The translations under genes were made by a program, and so were the position numbers. A DNA stretch of 64,000 bases from Escherichia phage vB_EcoM_F1: the sequence record NC_054912.1; one strand, 5' to 3'. The notes under the pieces were generated by a model. It had not been told where the DNA came from and did not search any database. It saw only the letters and a program-made list of their open reading frames with translations. Shown in pieces: positions 37,657 to 47,609 of the stretch. Numbering within the stretch: the first letter of the stretch is position 1; each line of letters opens with the position of its first letter.

Positions 37657-37859
37657 AACTGCCACCATTTTTTGACTTGATAAGAATCAACCCACACTTT
37701 CATATTAGGGTCTGCTCTTACAATAGGAGGATTAACTTCTTTAATTGAACTATCATGGTATTCTTTTTCAGAAATTTTCACACAAAGATGACCATTCAAA
37801 GATTCAGTAAATCCTGCATTAATTTTAAGACGCTTGAATTTTACGTGTGTAAGCATCAA
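37653..37859 (-). CDS. hypothetical protein (68 aa)
   Basis: track ORF. Confidence 0.45.
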   Translation of the reverse strand: MMLTHVKFKRLKINAGFTESLNGHLCVKISEKEYHDSSIKEVNPPIVRADPNMKVWVDSYQVKKWWQL

Positions 37860-38142
37860 TCATATCCTCAATCTGCGATCTAGTAGTCTTCCAAAGAATA
37901 CTAATGAGTTCATCGTTATATGGCTGTTTTAGAATATCCCGACTTTTCTTGATAGCATATTCGTATTGAGCAAAATTATTATTTTCAGCCGCAATCTGAG
38001 CATGCTTATAAAGACGATTCAGTTCGCGTTTGTTTTTAGACAATAACTTATTTGCTTTTCTTTCTGCTTCAAGACGGTTCTTTTCTTCAATAGAAGAAAT
38101 AAGCTTTTCCACTTCATCATTAATTTCGGGTTTATCAGTCAT
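37825..38142 (-). CDS. hypothetical protein (105 aa)
   Basis: track ORF. Confidence 0.45.
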   Translation of the reverse strand: MTDKPEINDEVEKLISSIEEKNRLEAERKANKLLSKNKRELNRLYKHAQIAAENNNFAQYEYAIKKSRDILKQPYNDELISILWKTTRSQIEDMIDAYTRKIQAS

Positions 38143-38143
38143 A

Positions 38144-38362
38144 TTATTTCTCTAATATAAAATAAAAATCATCATCTGTTAAATGATACCGATAGTTTAA
38201 TTCTACACCATTAGATTTAAAAGCGGTATCATACGGATTTTCTGGGTCAATATCAATGTCAAGAGCTAAAACTTCCCTGAGATACATTTTAAGTAAATAG
38301 GGAATAGCTTCAACTTCAGGTATTTCTTCCAAGAATCCGGAGAGGTTAATCGTTAGCCTCAT
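38144..38362 (-). CDS. hypothetical protein (72 aa)
   Basis: track ORF. Confidence 0.45.
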   Translation of the reverse strand: MRLTINLSGFLEEIPEVEAIPYLLKMYLREVLALDIDIDPENPYDTAFKSNGVELNYRYHLTDDDFYFILEK

Positions 38363-38903
38363 ATAAAAAATCCAAACTAGGAGAATCGTCTACAACACTT
38401 TTCTTTTCAGCCCCCGGTGTTCTATAGGTTGATTCTTCGTAATGCGTCATTTTATCGTAGATGTCTTGAATAAAAGTTTCATCTACTAACGCAACCATAT
38501 CGTCGTCACGACTGTCATAGACATTGTGAACGAAGTAACTATATTTCTTTGCAACTTCCTTACGTTCTTTTTTAATACGTTGGACGAATGCATTAAAACA
38601 AGCTTGAGTTATATATGCATGTGGGTTTTTATATTTCGTTTCATCAAAATTATGAAGCCCCTTAATAGAAGCTTCTATACCATCTGCAATCATTTCTTGT
38701 TTCCAAGACTGGGTGTATCCTGAAAAGTTGAAACGTTTAGATAAGCCTTCTGCAATAAGCATAATGGCTAATCCGATAGTATCATTCTGACGAACTACTT
38801 TATTTGGGTCTTTATTATTTTCTAATTCTGTTTTCCAATCAATAATAGCTTGTAAAAGCTCTTTATTGTTTACGTAATTATATTTAGGCTTAGTTTCTGA
38901 CAT
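38346..38903 (-). CDS. 55: late-transcription sigma factor (gene 55)
   Basis: 185 aa from ATG 38903 ([23 protein letters not shown]); track start is GTG two codons upstream. Confidence 0.85.
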   Translation of the reverse strand: MSETKPKYNYVNNKELLQAIIDWKTELENNKDPNKVVRQNDTIGLAIMLIAEGLSKRFNFSGYTQSWKQEMIADGIEASIKGLHNFDETKYKNPHAYITQACFNAFVQRIKKERKEVAKKYSYFVHNVYDSRDDDMVALVDETFIQDIYDKMTHYEESTYRTPGAEKKSVVDDSPSLDFLYEAND

Positions 38904-38981
38904 TTTCACCTCTTAGCTCAATTCATAGATCTATTATATCATAATATTTGAAGATCTATCTTAAAGCATAGAGGATATCAG

Positions 38982-39251
38982 TTATCTAAGTAAACAGTAT
39001 GCTTGGAATACTTTCTCCATCATCTTTTTAAATTCATGAATATCTATGTAATGACTAGTTAAATCAGCATGATATAAAAAGTCTAAAAACTTTTCATGTG
39101 TACTAACATATTCACTTTCATTTAATTCAGAAACATGACTTTCCCAATATCCAACACCAGTCTTATTTGGGAAAAATGAAATTTTCATGTATTGGTCAAC
39201 ATAGAAAATGCCATAATTTTCAATAGTAATAGAAATATTAATAAATTTCAT
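38982..39251 (-). CDS. hypothetical protein (89 aa)
   Basis: track ORF. Confidence 0.45.
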   Translation of the reverse strand: MKFINISITIENYGIFYVDQYMKISFFPNKTGVGYWESHVSELNESEYVSTHEKFLDFLYHADLTSHYIDIHEFKKMMEKVFQAYCLLR

Positions 39252-39463
39252 ACATTCATCAACTTAGCCGCTTCAAGAGCTGCATCTAGTGAATCAAATT
39301 GGTCAACATATTCAATCAATTCGCCGTAATTGGCATATAACCACCATTGGCTAAATTCATACTCAAGGATGAATCCATTTCCTTCAATTTGAGTTAAACC
39401 AATGCCATTTGTATTTACTTCATACCCAGCAAGACGTAAATCGTTAATAAGAGCTTCGTTCAT
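39248..39463 (-). CDS. hypothetical protein (71 aa)
   Basis: track ORF, ATGA overlap. Confidence 0.45.
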   Translation of the reverse strand: MNEALINDLRLAGYEVNTNGIGLTQIEGNGFILEYEFSQWWLYANYGELIEYVDQFDSLDAALEAAKLMNV

Positions 39464-39465
39464 AA

Positions 39466-39792
39466 TTATACCTTAGTAATTTTCAGGTCTGCAAATTTTT
39501 TCTTGCGTTGATTTTTCATGCGACGAATAGTTTTATCGGAAATTTCATGCTTTTGATAAGCTTTAGATTCTACACCAAAAGCTTTAACATCAAATTCTGA
39601 CAAGATATATTGAACCAACAATTCACGGACAGTATTGCGTCCAATCTTCTGATCATTCTGTTTCATCATCTGATGAAGCTCTTTTTCCCATTTATCCAAA
39701 ATTTGAGGAGTTACAATATCGCCTTTTTCTAGCAAAGAAACTACTTTATCATATGCGTAAGAATTAATGACGTTTTTAATCTGAATAGTCAT
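39466..39792 (-). CDS. hypothetical protein (108 aa)
   Basis: track ORF. Confidence 0.45.
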   Translation of the reverse strand: MTIQIKNVINSYAYDKVVSLLEKGDIVTPQILDKWEKELHQMMKQNDQKIGRNTVRELLVQYILSEFDVKAFGVESKAYQKHEISDKTIRRMKNQRKKKFADLKITKV

Positions 39793-39831
39793 ACATTATC
39801 CTCAATTACGTTAAAATTTTATTATCCAAAA

Positions 39832-39847
39832 AAGGGCCGAAGCCCTT
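39832..39847 (-). terminator. stem-loop aagggc-cgaa-gccctt
   Basis: GC hairpin with UUCG loop. Confidence 0.45.
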
Positions 39848-40046
39848 AGCTAAACTTTTTGGCACCCTTCCAGCCTTCGTACATCATTGCTACTGACAAT
39901 GACAAAGCTCCTTCACATGCTGCATACTTATTATTCCAGAACCAATTTAGAAAAACTTCATCCTCAATACCATTGTGTTTCATGTTCTGGAAAAATTTGG
40001 CGCGTTCTTCAGCAATTCGCTGCGATAATTTAGATTCAGGATTCAT
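39846..40046 (-). CDS. hypothetical protein (66 aa)
   Basis: track ORF. Confidence 0.45.
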   Translation of the reverse strand: MNPESKLSQRIAEERAKFFQNMKHNGIEDEVFLNWFWNNKYAACEGALSLSVAMMYEGWKGAKKFS

Positions 40047-40055
40047 TTAAATTTT

Positions 40056-40178
40056 TCAGTTACCGTTTTCATCAATAAATTTAATCCAGTCATTTACTGA
40101 CCACTTAGTTGTATCGCCTTTTGGAGTAACATTTAAAGTGTATAACCCTTGTTTAAAAAGCATTCGTTTGATATTCAT
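40056..40178 (-). CDS. small hypothetical protein (40 aa)
   Basis: track ORF 40056..40262 trimmed to ATG at 40178 preceded by GAGGAA RBS. Confidence 0.35.
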   Translation of the reverse strand: MNIKRMLFKQGLYTLNVTPKGDTTKWSVNDWIKFIDENGN

Positions 40179-40185
40179 ATTTTCC

Positions 40186-40479
40186 TCAGCTGTAACGATA
40201 GCACTCGTTTGATTTACGCTTAGCAACTCGTTGAGAAGTATTATAATCAAAATCATCGTCAATGTAAACTGATTTTTTCAACTTTCTTACTTCACCGCGT
40301 AATTGACGATTTAACTCATCTTTAACTTCTGAATCAATACCTTTCATTCTACGCCATTTATCTGAGCGAAAAATGTTTTCAACCATATCTTTATGATTTA
40401 CACCATCAGGAGCTTTACGCTTTCCGAAATAGTCATAATCACGCACTTTTAAGTCTTTACGACGATACGTTTTACCCAT
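40186..40479 (-). CDS. hypothetical basic protein
   Basis: track ORF 40186..40524; internal ATG at 40479 chosen to limit overlap; start uncertain. Confidence 0.4.
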   Translation of the reverse strand: MGKTYRRKDLKVRDYDYFGKRKAPDGVNHKDMVENIFRSDKWRRMKGIDSEVKDELNRQLRGEVRKLKKSVYIDDDFDYNTSQRVAKRKSNECYRYS

Positions 40480-40654
40480 GGAGTTTAATTTCCTTAGCAA
40501 CTGAACTAAATACAGCACGGTCACAAATCATCTGTTTATGTAACTTGAGTATAAGATAATAAACTTCAAAACCGTTTACATAAGTAACACGAACAACATT
40601 ACCATTAATAAAATAATACTGTCCCTTTTTAATTTCTTTATCAACCACAACCAT
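40472..40654 (-). CDS. hypothetical protein (60 aa)
   Basis: track ORF directly downstream of an early promoter. Confidence 0.45.
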   Translation of the reverse strand: MVVVDKEIKKGQYYFINGNVVRVTYVNGFEVYYLILKLHKQMICDRAVFSSVAKEIKLHG

Positions 40655-40684
40655 ATCAATTCCTCAAAGGCAATTCATATGTTA

Positions 40685-40714
40685 ATAATACCACAGTTTG
40701 AACTTCTTGTAAAC
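40685..40714 (-). promoter_or_regulatory. T4-type early promoter
   Basis: minus strand GTTTACaagaagttcaaactgTGGTATTAT. Confidence 0.45.
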
Positions 40715-40812
40715 AACTTTGTGAAAAATATTTTAGGGAATGACAAGAAGGGAACGATAGCTTAGAATGGTAATATACAGAATGTGAGAAAGAAAGGCCC
40801 AGAGGGCCCGCC

Positions 40813-41136
40813 TTAGTCTTCTATGATATCTCTATCATATCCAAGTGAAATGAGAGTTTCTTTGAAGTGTTTAATGTTCTTTTGTCTAGAATCATTGATG
40901 AAAATGACTGGATAACGAATGTTAAGAGATGTGAATCCAGCGCGTTTAGCAAGAGATACAATCAGTGGACGATCATACTCAATCTTACCATTATTTGTAA
41001 GAACTTTATAGAAAGTAAAAGGAGCATTAAGCTCCTTTAGAAGTTTTGTAACTGATTGACATCCAGGACAACGACCTACTTCATCTGGAATTCCATAGAC
41101 TTCAATCTTATTCTTTAAGTTCGAGTTTTGTTCCAC
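40813..41136 (-). CDS. nrdH: NrdH-like glutaredoxin
   Basis: CPGC redox motif; no in-frame ATG in the conserved region, so start is uncertain (GTG at 41136 proposed). Confidence 0.55.
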   Translation of the reverse strand: MEQNSNLKNKIEVYGIPDEVGRCPGCQSVTKLLKELNAPFTFYKVLTNNGKIEYDRPLIVSLAKRAGFTSLNIRYPVIFINDSRQKNIKHFKETLISLGYDRDIIED

Positions 41137-41419
41137 GAGAAATAATTCCTTGGTAAGCCCAATAAGGAGGATTAACAGAATCCTCACCAGAGTTTTCTTC
41201 AGGAAAATAAACCTGGATAACGAAACCGGATTCATCAAAGGTAAAATAAACCGTAGGCAGTTCACCTAACAAATCGGCACGAGCGTTGATTTCTTCGAGG
41301 TCTTGTTCACGTCCAGCCCAGAAGCTTGGGTTCAGACTACATTCATAGAAATAATAGTCATTACCGAACATATCAAAACCATTCCAACTCTCTACTACAT
41401 ATCGCTCAAAACTAATCAT
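41108..41419 (-). CDS. hypothetical protein (103 aa)
   Basis: track ORF. Confidence 0.45.
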   Translation of the reverse strand: MISFERYVVESWNGFDMFGNDYYFYECSLNPSFWAGREQDLEEINARADLLGELPTVYFTFDESGFVIQVYFPEENSGEDSVNPPYWAYQGIISRGTKLELKE

Positions 41420-41421
41420 AA

Positions 41422-41637
41422 TTATTCCTTTTTATCAAGAACCGCATTCAGCTTGTTAGTAATTTTATCCAGACGCTCACTGAACTCACTTGAAGATAAG
41501 CCCTTTTCTGGAGAAATTAAACTAATCACGAAAAATATAGCAATAAAAGGAATAAGGAAAATAGCTCCAACTGCCATAAACAGAAAGAATGTTACAGTTG
41601 TAAGAAAATCAGCTAAACCTTTACGAAATTTATACAT
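41422..41637 (-). CDS. small membrane protein (71 aa)
   Basis: hydrophobic core FLTTVTFFLFMAVGAIFLIPFIAIFFVISLI. Confidence 0.45.
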   Translation of the reverse strand: MYKFRKGLADFLTTVTFFLFMAVGAIFLIPFIAIFFVISLISPEKGLSSSEFSERLDKITNKLNAVLDKKE

Positions 41638-41752
41638 ATTTTACCCTTAATTGATTAACCAAGCATTGATAAGCACTAAACTATATTGCGAATAAAATTC
41701 TGGACCAAAATGAAAAATCATATCATTTATAGTATCCATAATATAATTCAAT

Positions 41753-42223
41753 TTAATCATGTTTCCACACCCCATCGGTATTTGACCAAAGTCGCTGATT
41801 ATCTGATCCTCGCCACAGCTTTTTAGTCGGAAGATTTTTCTCATACTTCCCATCAATAATAACATCAACATATTTAAGCATTTCTAGTTGTTTAATATCT
41901 TCAAACTTATATCCTGTCCACAACCAAATGCTTTTATTGGGATAAAGATTTTTTACTGTTTGAACGATGCAATGAATCACGTCTCTGTTATCAGGATAAA
42001 GAGGGTCACCTCCGGTTATAGTTAATCCTTCTATATAATCATTATTCAAACATTCAATTAATTGTTCTAGTGTTTCACCAGTGAATGGAATACCATTTCT
42101 AGCATTCCATGTTGATTTATTATAACACCCTTCGCATTTATGCAAACAACCTGTAACGAAAAGAACGGTCCTGCATCCAGGGCCATTCACAAAATCGCAA
42201 GGATAAAATCTATCATAATTCAT
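41753..42223 (-). CDS. nrdG: anaerobic ribonucleotide reductase activating protein (radical SAM)
   Basis: 156 aa; CxxxCxxC radical-SAM motif GCLHKCEGC. Confidence 0.85.
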   Translation of the reverse strand: MNYDRFYPCDFVNGPGCRTVLFVTGCLHKCEGCYNKSTWNARNGIPFTGETLEQLIECLNNDYIEGLTITGGDPLYPDNRDVIHCIVQTVKNLYPNKSIWLWTGYKFEDIKQLEMLKYVDVIIDGKYEKNLPTKKLWRGSDNQRLWSNTDGVWKHD

Positions 42224-43499
42224 TGGTGTTTAACCCTATGCATGATTTCTTTATTTTTACCGAGATTAAATCCGCGTTCGTTCGGATTTCCCAAATAACC
42301 ACATGTTCTTCTTATGGTATTCATCTTTTTAGGATCAGTTTCTCCACAAATAGAACAAACAAATCCGTTTTCAGTAGGAGTCATTTCATGGGTACTTCCA
42401 CATGTAAAACATTTATCTACTGGCATATTAACACCAAAATAATCTAAATGTTGTGCAGCATAATCCCACACGGCCTCAAGACCCTTTAAGTTATTTTTCA
42501 TATCAGGAAGTTCAACATAAGAAATGTGACCACCTGTCGCAATGAAATGATATGGCGCTTCACGAGAAATCTTTTCAAACGGAGTAATATTTTCTTCTAC
42601 TGAAACATGGAAACTGTTAGTGTACCAACCTTTATCAGTAACATCCTTTACACTTCCATATTTTTCTGTATCGAGTTTACAGAAGCGATAACAAAGGTTT
42701 TCAGCAGGAGTAGAATATAAACTAAAAGCAAAACCGGTTCTTTCAGTCCACTGTTTAAGATGAGCATTCATTTTAGTTAAAATTTCTCGTCCAATATCAC
42801 GACCGACAAGAATATTCAATTCGTGAATACCAATGTATCCTAGGGACACTGAACTTCTACCGTTTTTAAATAACTCAATTATGTCGTCATCAGGTTTAAG
42901 ACGAACCCCGAATGCACCTTCTTGGTAAAGAATAGGAGCAACAGTAGCTTTAACTCCTTTTAAGGAACTAATTCTACACATCAAGGCTTCAAAACATAAA
43001 TCCATTCGCTCATTGAATAATTCAGTAAATTTCTGTTCATTGAGCTGTGTTCCAATATAAGAATCTAACGCGATACGAGGAAGATTCAGTGTTACAACAC
43101 CAAGATTATTACGTCCATCAAGAATTTCATTACCAGTCGAATCTTTCCATACGCTCAAGAAACTACGGCAACCCATTGGAGAAACAGGAATAGATGAACC
43201 AGTGATAGCTTTATTGTTCTTAGCTGAAATAATATCAGGATACATTCTTTTGCTTGCACACTCTAGAGCAAGCTGCTTAATATCATAGTTCGGATCGTCT
43301 TTATAAAGATTAACACCTTCTTCAACAAACATAACAAGCTTAGGGAAAATAGGAGTTATCCCATCACGACCAAGACCTTTAATACGATTTTTCAGAATTG
43401 CTTTCTGAATCATTCGTTCAGTCCAGTCAGTTCCCGTACCAAATGTAATTGTTACAAAAGGCGTTTGCCCATTAGAGCTGAAAAGTGTATTTACTTCAT
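42220..43499 (-). CDS. nrdD: anaerobic ribonucleotide reductase NrdD, exon 2
   Basis: C-terminal glycyl-radical motif RRTCGYLG and Zn-ribbon CFTCG..CSICG; exon start inferred at 43499 (after intron terminal G). Confidence 0.75.
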
Positions 43500-43727
43500 C
43501 ATTATATTCAGCATGAGTCGCAAATTCATGCCCGTTTATATGAAACAACAAAATTTGGATAGTCCATAGATATGCAACGTTCTTTTATAGTGCTAGGATG
43601 AAAATTTAGCGCTTTAGCTGCTTCTATATAAGACGTATACTTAATACCGTCAACAACCACATATTCAGGAACTTTATGAATAGTAGTCTTAATACTCAAA
43701 ACAAGAGGATGAGTTTCGACTTCACTT

Positions 43728-44297
43728 TCAGTGCAATTTAAATATTCCGCTGCTTTTTTTAAAACTTCTAAAAGTTTTATTTTTAAGCTTTATCGATACT
43801 TGTTTTTTACTTTTTCGACTATTGATATTATTTTGCACATGTTCCTTAGATCTTCCGTTTTTAGCATAATATTCAGCTATAGAAGATTTTATATTGTTTT
43901 TATGAGATTCGGATAACACTTTACCCTTATGAGCATCTCTTAATTTTTGAATATGTTCTTCAGTATCCGGATGCTTATAAAACTTTTTACCGCCTATGGA
44001 TTTATTTAAACATTTTTTGCTATAAAAATGTTTACGTATGACCTCTTCTTCATGTTTTAATGCATCTTTATAACTATCAAATGTTTTTAAAATTATCCAT
44101 TTAGTAGGTGTATCAGTTTTTAAGCGTTCATTTATATACTTAGATGACGTTGTGTAAGTTTTCCAGTTTGTGGGCTTGTTTTTAATTGTTCTAAATTTTT
44201 TATAACCGATATAAATGTCGCCGTTAGAAAACTTAACTAAGTATGTAAATGCGTCTTTATCTTTTATTTTAGTACAACGTCTTTTTATCCATTTCAT
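43728..44297 (-). CDS. intron-encoded GIY-YIG homing endonuclease (I-TevII-like), apparently truncated by a frameshift
   Basis: 189-aa ORF with GDIYIGY motif; a further open stretch ending at 43526 in another frame encodes a NUMOD-like DNA-binding segment (YTSYIEAAKALNFHPSTIKERC); A7 run at 43754-43760. Confidence 0.65.
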   Translation of the reverse strand: MKWIKRRCTKIKDKDAFTYLVKFSNGDIYIGYKKFRTIKNKPTNWKTYTTSSKYINERLKTDTPTKWIILKTFDSYKDALKHEEEVIRKHFYSKKCLNKSIGGKKFYKHPDTEEHIQKLRDAHKGKVLSESHKNNIKSSIAEYYAKNGRSKEHVQNNINSRKSKKQVSIKLKNKTFRSFKKSSGIFKLH

Positions 44298-44326
44298 TGT
44301 TTCACCTCGTATTCATAAGATAATCT

Positions 44327-44334
44327 TATTTATA
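44327..44334 (-). promoter_or_regulatory. T4 late promoter (TATAAATA) inside the intron upstream of the endonuclease ORF
   Basis: exact TATAAATA on minus strand about 30 nt upstream of the ATG at 44297. Confidence 0.5.
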
Positions 44335-44545
44335 CAAGATGACTGCTGCATGTCGCCATGCAGATTAGACTATATCTTCATCTTTCGATGCCGGCCGTTT
44401 CGAATAGCATTAGCTTCTATTCTACACCGCTACATTCATCACGGTTAGTCGTTAGGCATTTAGTTCAAAAGAACATTTAGCACGGGATTGTCTACTAGAG
44501 AGGTTCCCCGTTTAGACCGGTTTTACATGAGCCTGAATTAAATTA

Positions 44546-45083
44546 ACTCATACGCCTGGAACGCGTCATAGACATCTTTTTCTGTTTTAGATTGAGCATA
44601 ATTCAATGCATCAGCGATTTGCCATTTTTCTGCATCCTCAATATGTTTTGCATAGGTGCGTTTAACATAAGGAGAAAGTACTTTATCTACATTCGCAAAA
44701 GTCGTTCCGCCATATTGATGGGAAGCAACCTGTGCAGTAATTTGTGCCATAATTGCAGTAGCAACACCGATTGATTTAGGAGTTTCAATCTGTGCATTAC
44801 CAAGCTTAAATCCATTCTCAAGCATTCCTTTTAAATCTACTAAACAGCAATTAGTAAATGGAAGAGCAGGGGAATAATCAATATCGTGGAAATGAATAAT
44901 TCCGCTTTCATGCGCTTTCATAATAAAAGACGGGACCATATTTTTGGCAATGTGTTTAGACACAATACCAGCCATAAGGTCCCGTTGAGTTGGAAAAACA
45001 CGAGAATCTTTATTAGCATTCTCGTTTAAAAGGTCTTTATTAGTTTTATGAATCAATCCTTCAATTTCTTTTTCAATTGTCAT
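44546..45083 (-). CDS. nrdD: anaerobic ribonucleotide reductase NrdD, exon 1
   Basis: N-terminal 179 codons; track ORF continues 2 codons into the intron before a stop at 44538. Confidence 0.75.
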
Positions 45084-45553
45084 TTTAAACTCTTTCTAAG
45101 CTGCTTCTTAAATGAAGCTATTAACTGTGTTTTGGTGTCAGATTCATTATATTCAAATCCTCTTTGAAGCATCTCAGCCATCATTTCCTCTTTTCCTAAA
45201 CGAGAAAATTCCTTTGATTTATCTCCAACAAAGTTAGGGTGAATATTATTTTGGGTGTAATCGGATTTTAAATAAGTAAGTAAATTTTCTAACCATTCAA
45301 GATAATCAACACCTTGTCCCTTTAAGCCAGAACGATTAAATTTATGCTTCATTTGACCTTCTGCAGCATTGCAGAGATTACAAAGCAATCCACGTACCTT
45401 TCCTGCTTTTGGTCCATTTAATTCATGGTCATGGTCGAGGTGATTAGCTTGAACATCAGGATTTAGTTCTCGTTGGCAAATTAAGCATTTACCGTTTTGT
45501 GCATCATAAAATTTCTGTTTTTCTTCTTTGTATAATTTGCCAGTCAATAACAT
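45080..45553 (-). CDS. 49: endonuclease VII, Holliday junction resolvase (gene 49)
   Basis: 157 aa; Cys-rich Zn site CLICQ...CNLC; recognised as T4 endo VII. Confidence 0.85.
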   Translation of the reverse strand: MLLTGKLYKEEKQKFYDAQNGKCLICQRELNPDVQANHLDHDHELNGPKAGKVRGLLCNLCNAAEGQMKHKFNRSGLKGQGVDYLEWLENLLTYLKSDYTQNNIHPNFVGDKSKEFSRLGKEEMMAEMLQRGFEYNESDTKTQLIASFKKQLRKSLK

Positions 45554-45595
45554 AATAAAACCCTTACCTTAAATAGATAAGGGTATTTATTATTT

Positions 45596-45772
45596 TTAAG
45601 TATTGTAAAACATTCGATGCAATCGTTTATACTGTCGAATCATCTTTTTAGTAGGACGAGAATAGGTTCCTACGCAAGTGGTCATATGAGGGTCCGTAGA
45701 ATGTCCTTTAATAAAAAGTTTCCAAACCTTACCGCCATTTAACTTTTCAGTATAAACCAATTCGGTTTTCAT
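45596..45772 (-). CDS. small hypothetical protein (58 aa) whose C-terminus duplicates the Pin C-terminus
   Basis: manually translated; ends KKMIRQYKRLHRMFYNT versus Pin QKIRQYKRLNQMFYNT. Confidence 0.4.
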   Translation of the reverse strand: MKTELVYTEKLNGGKVWKLFIKGHSTDPHMTTCVGTYSRPTKKMIRQYKRLHRMFYNT

Positions 45773-45807
45773 TAAAATGCCCTGTCAGAAAAAGAATTTT
45801 GAGTTTT

Positions 45808-46293
45808 TCAAGTATTATAAAACATTTGATTCAATCGCTTATATTGCCGAATCTTTTGGTCAGAAAAAGAAATTTGGGTTTCAAGCCATTCAATATATTC
45901 TGCCGCAGCTTGCATCAAATTTCCTTCATAGCCATCGTTATTTTCTTGTGCAGCTAATTTAGCTAATGCGTATGAAATACGTTCACCTTGAAAACCGGCT
46001 TTAGGTTTATGAATAGCTTGATCAACTCGTTCTACAACTTCTTCAATTTCGCCGTTTTCGACTGATTCAGTATTCCACAAACACCAATACGTAATTGGCT
46101 TATCATAGATGTTAATAATCTTTCCGTCGGAAAGTTCAATTTCAATAATTCCAGTATCAGGTTCTATATCATCTTCACATTCTTTTGCAAGTTCACGAAC
46201 TTTAAAGACAGTACCTGCACTAAGTTCCGGCCAGTAATTACATAGCCCTGTATCAGCACGATTAATTCTAAACCACTTATCTACTGTAATCAT
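45808..46293 (-). CDS. pin: Pin, inhibitor of host Lon protease
   Basis: 161 aa from ATG 46293 (MITVDKWFRINRADTGLCNYWPEL); recognised as T4 Pin. Confidence 0.7.
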   Translation of the reverse strand: MITVDKWFRINRADTGLCNYWPELSAGTVFKVRELAKECEDDIEPDTGIIEIELSDGKIINIYDKPITYWCLWNTESVENGEIEEVVERVDQAIHKPKAGFQGERISYALAKLAAQENNDGYEGNLMQAAAEYIEWLETQISFSDQKIRQYKRLNQMFYNT

Positions 46294-46415
46294 GTCCCAT
46301 CTCCATATCAATTAAGTCATTTATCGTTGGTTCATTATATACTGTTTCTTCATCAGTGTAAACCGGTTCTTCCGGCTCTGGCTCTACAGTTTCCCATCTA
46401 GCCGCCCACCAAGGT

Positions 46416-46586
46416 TTAACCCCGAAGCTTATTAAGTTCTTCATAACCAATCCAGGATTCTAATCCTGATGGCAGGTCACATTCAATTTCCCAAAGAAGT
46501 TCTTCAATTTTATGAAGACGATCTAATTCTTCAGCTGGAATAGTAACCATTGATGGAGTTATTGATACACTAATATCGTAAATCAT
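46416..46586 (-). CDS. small hypothetical protein (56 aa)
   Basis: track ORF 46416..46625 trimmed to ATG at 46586 just after upstream stop. Confidence 0.4.
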   Translation of the reverse strand: MIYDISVSITPSMVTIPAEELDRLHKIEELLWEIECDLPSGLESWIGYEELNKLRG

Positions 46587-46588
46587 AT

Positions 46589-46804
46589 TTACCCCAGTTT
46601 GACCATGCAATCGCCGTATTTCCACTTAGAAATAGACTTTTCGCCATTAGAATAATAAACTTCGAGTTTAGCACGATTATTTTTAATTTGAATAACCTTT
46701 GCTGTCATCAAAGTTCCATACCCATAATAAACTGCAACTTCATCACCTACATATACCGCGCTTCCGCGGTAATCGTGAATATAGTCAGTTCCTTCGATCA
46801 TCAT
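46589..46804 (-). CDS. hypothetical protein (71 aa)
   Basis: ATGA overlap with nrdC stop. Confidence 0.45.
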   Translation of the reverse strand: MMIEGTDYIHDYRGSAVYVGDEVAVYYGYGTLMTAKVIQIKNNRAKLEVYYSNGEKSISKWKYGDCMVKLG

Positions 46805-47064
46805 TTAAAATATTCTCGCAGTTGGTCAAATCCACCAATATGACTTCCATCAGGAGCAAATACCTGGGGCATTGTCAAGCCAATTTGAGTATCACGACCT
46901 AGTTTAGTCAGAATCTCAGCGATTTTCTCATCATCAAAAACACCTTTTTCCGGCATAATGTTGATAAATTCAAACGGCTGTTTCTTCACGGTCAAAAGAC
47001 GTTTTGCATTATCGCAATACACACATTTATGAATGTTGCTATCATAACCATATACTTTAAACAT
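46801..47064 (-). CDS. nrdC: glutaredoxin/thioredoxin NrdC
   Basis: 87 aa MFKVYGYDSNIHKCVYCDNAKRLL, CVYC redox motif; recognised as T4 NrdC. Confidence 0.85.
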   Translation of the reverse strand: MFKVYGYDSNIHKCVYCDNAKRLLTVKKQPFEFINIMPEKGVFDDEKIAEILTKLGRDTQIGLTMPQVFAPDGSHIGGFDQLREYFK

Positions 47065-47065
47065 A

Positions 47066-47308
47066 TTATTCCTTAATTCCTAGTACTTGTTTAAAAGTCT
47101 CGTCGTAATCAAGACTTTGGCCCGTTTGTTCTTTATGTTTGTATATAATATCACTTACTTCTGATAGCATATTTTTATATGAACGAGTTAAAGCAGATTT
47201 AAGCACGCTGTATCTATCAGGAAATTTACCATGTTCATTATAATAAGCTATTGCTAATTCACGGACTGCCTTTTCAGCAGCCTCCATATATTCTTTACGC
47301 TTGGTCAT
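47066..47308 (-). CDS. hypothetical protein
   Basis: track ORF 47066..47449 trimmed to internal ATG ([13 protein letters not shown]); start uncertain. Confidence 0.4.
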   Translation of the reverse strand: MTKRKEYMEAAEKAVRELAIAYYNEHGKFPDRYSVLKSALTRSYKNMLSEVSDIIYKHKEQTGQSLDYDETFKQVLGIKE

Positions 47309-47609
47309 TTTCTTCTCGGTCAAATCGGTGTTTACAATGGCGACATTTATAACGAAGATTACTAGTCTGCCAATGGACCAATTGCACCTGTTCAGTTCCA
47401 CATTCAGGGCAATTAGGAACGTTTTTAGAAGCCCTTTCACGACGTTCAACCATGACCATTACAGAATCCCAATTAATAGGAGGGCTATAATCATCACAAC
47501 CATGAATCTTTCCACGCATTTCCAAATCGTCTTCTTCACCAGCCATAATAATTTTAATTAGACTAGAATTACTTGAAGCTGCAATGTCTTCTAATAAACG
47601 CTTTTTCAT
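47295..47609 (-). CDS. zinc-ribbon protein (104 aa)
   Basis: CPECG...CRHCKH four-Cys motif. Confidence 0.5.
   Translation of the reverse strand: MKKRLLEDIAASSNSSLIKIIMAGEEDDLEMRGKIHGCDDYSPPINWDSVMVMVERRERASKNVPNCPECGTEQVQLVHWQTSNLRYKCRHCKHRFDREENDQA

Larger units (their letters stand above)
43500..44545 (-). mobile_element. group I self-splicing intron interrupting nrdD, carrying a GIY-YIG endonuclease ORF
   Basis: nrdD reading frame is broken between ...DAFQAYE and (Y)EVNTLFSS; GC-rich structured segment 44300-44545; joining at U44546/G43500 gives a 605-aa NrdD; boundaries inferred. Confidence 0.65.
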
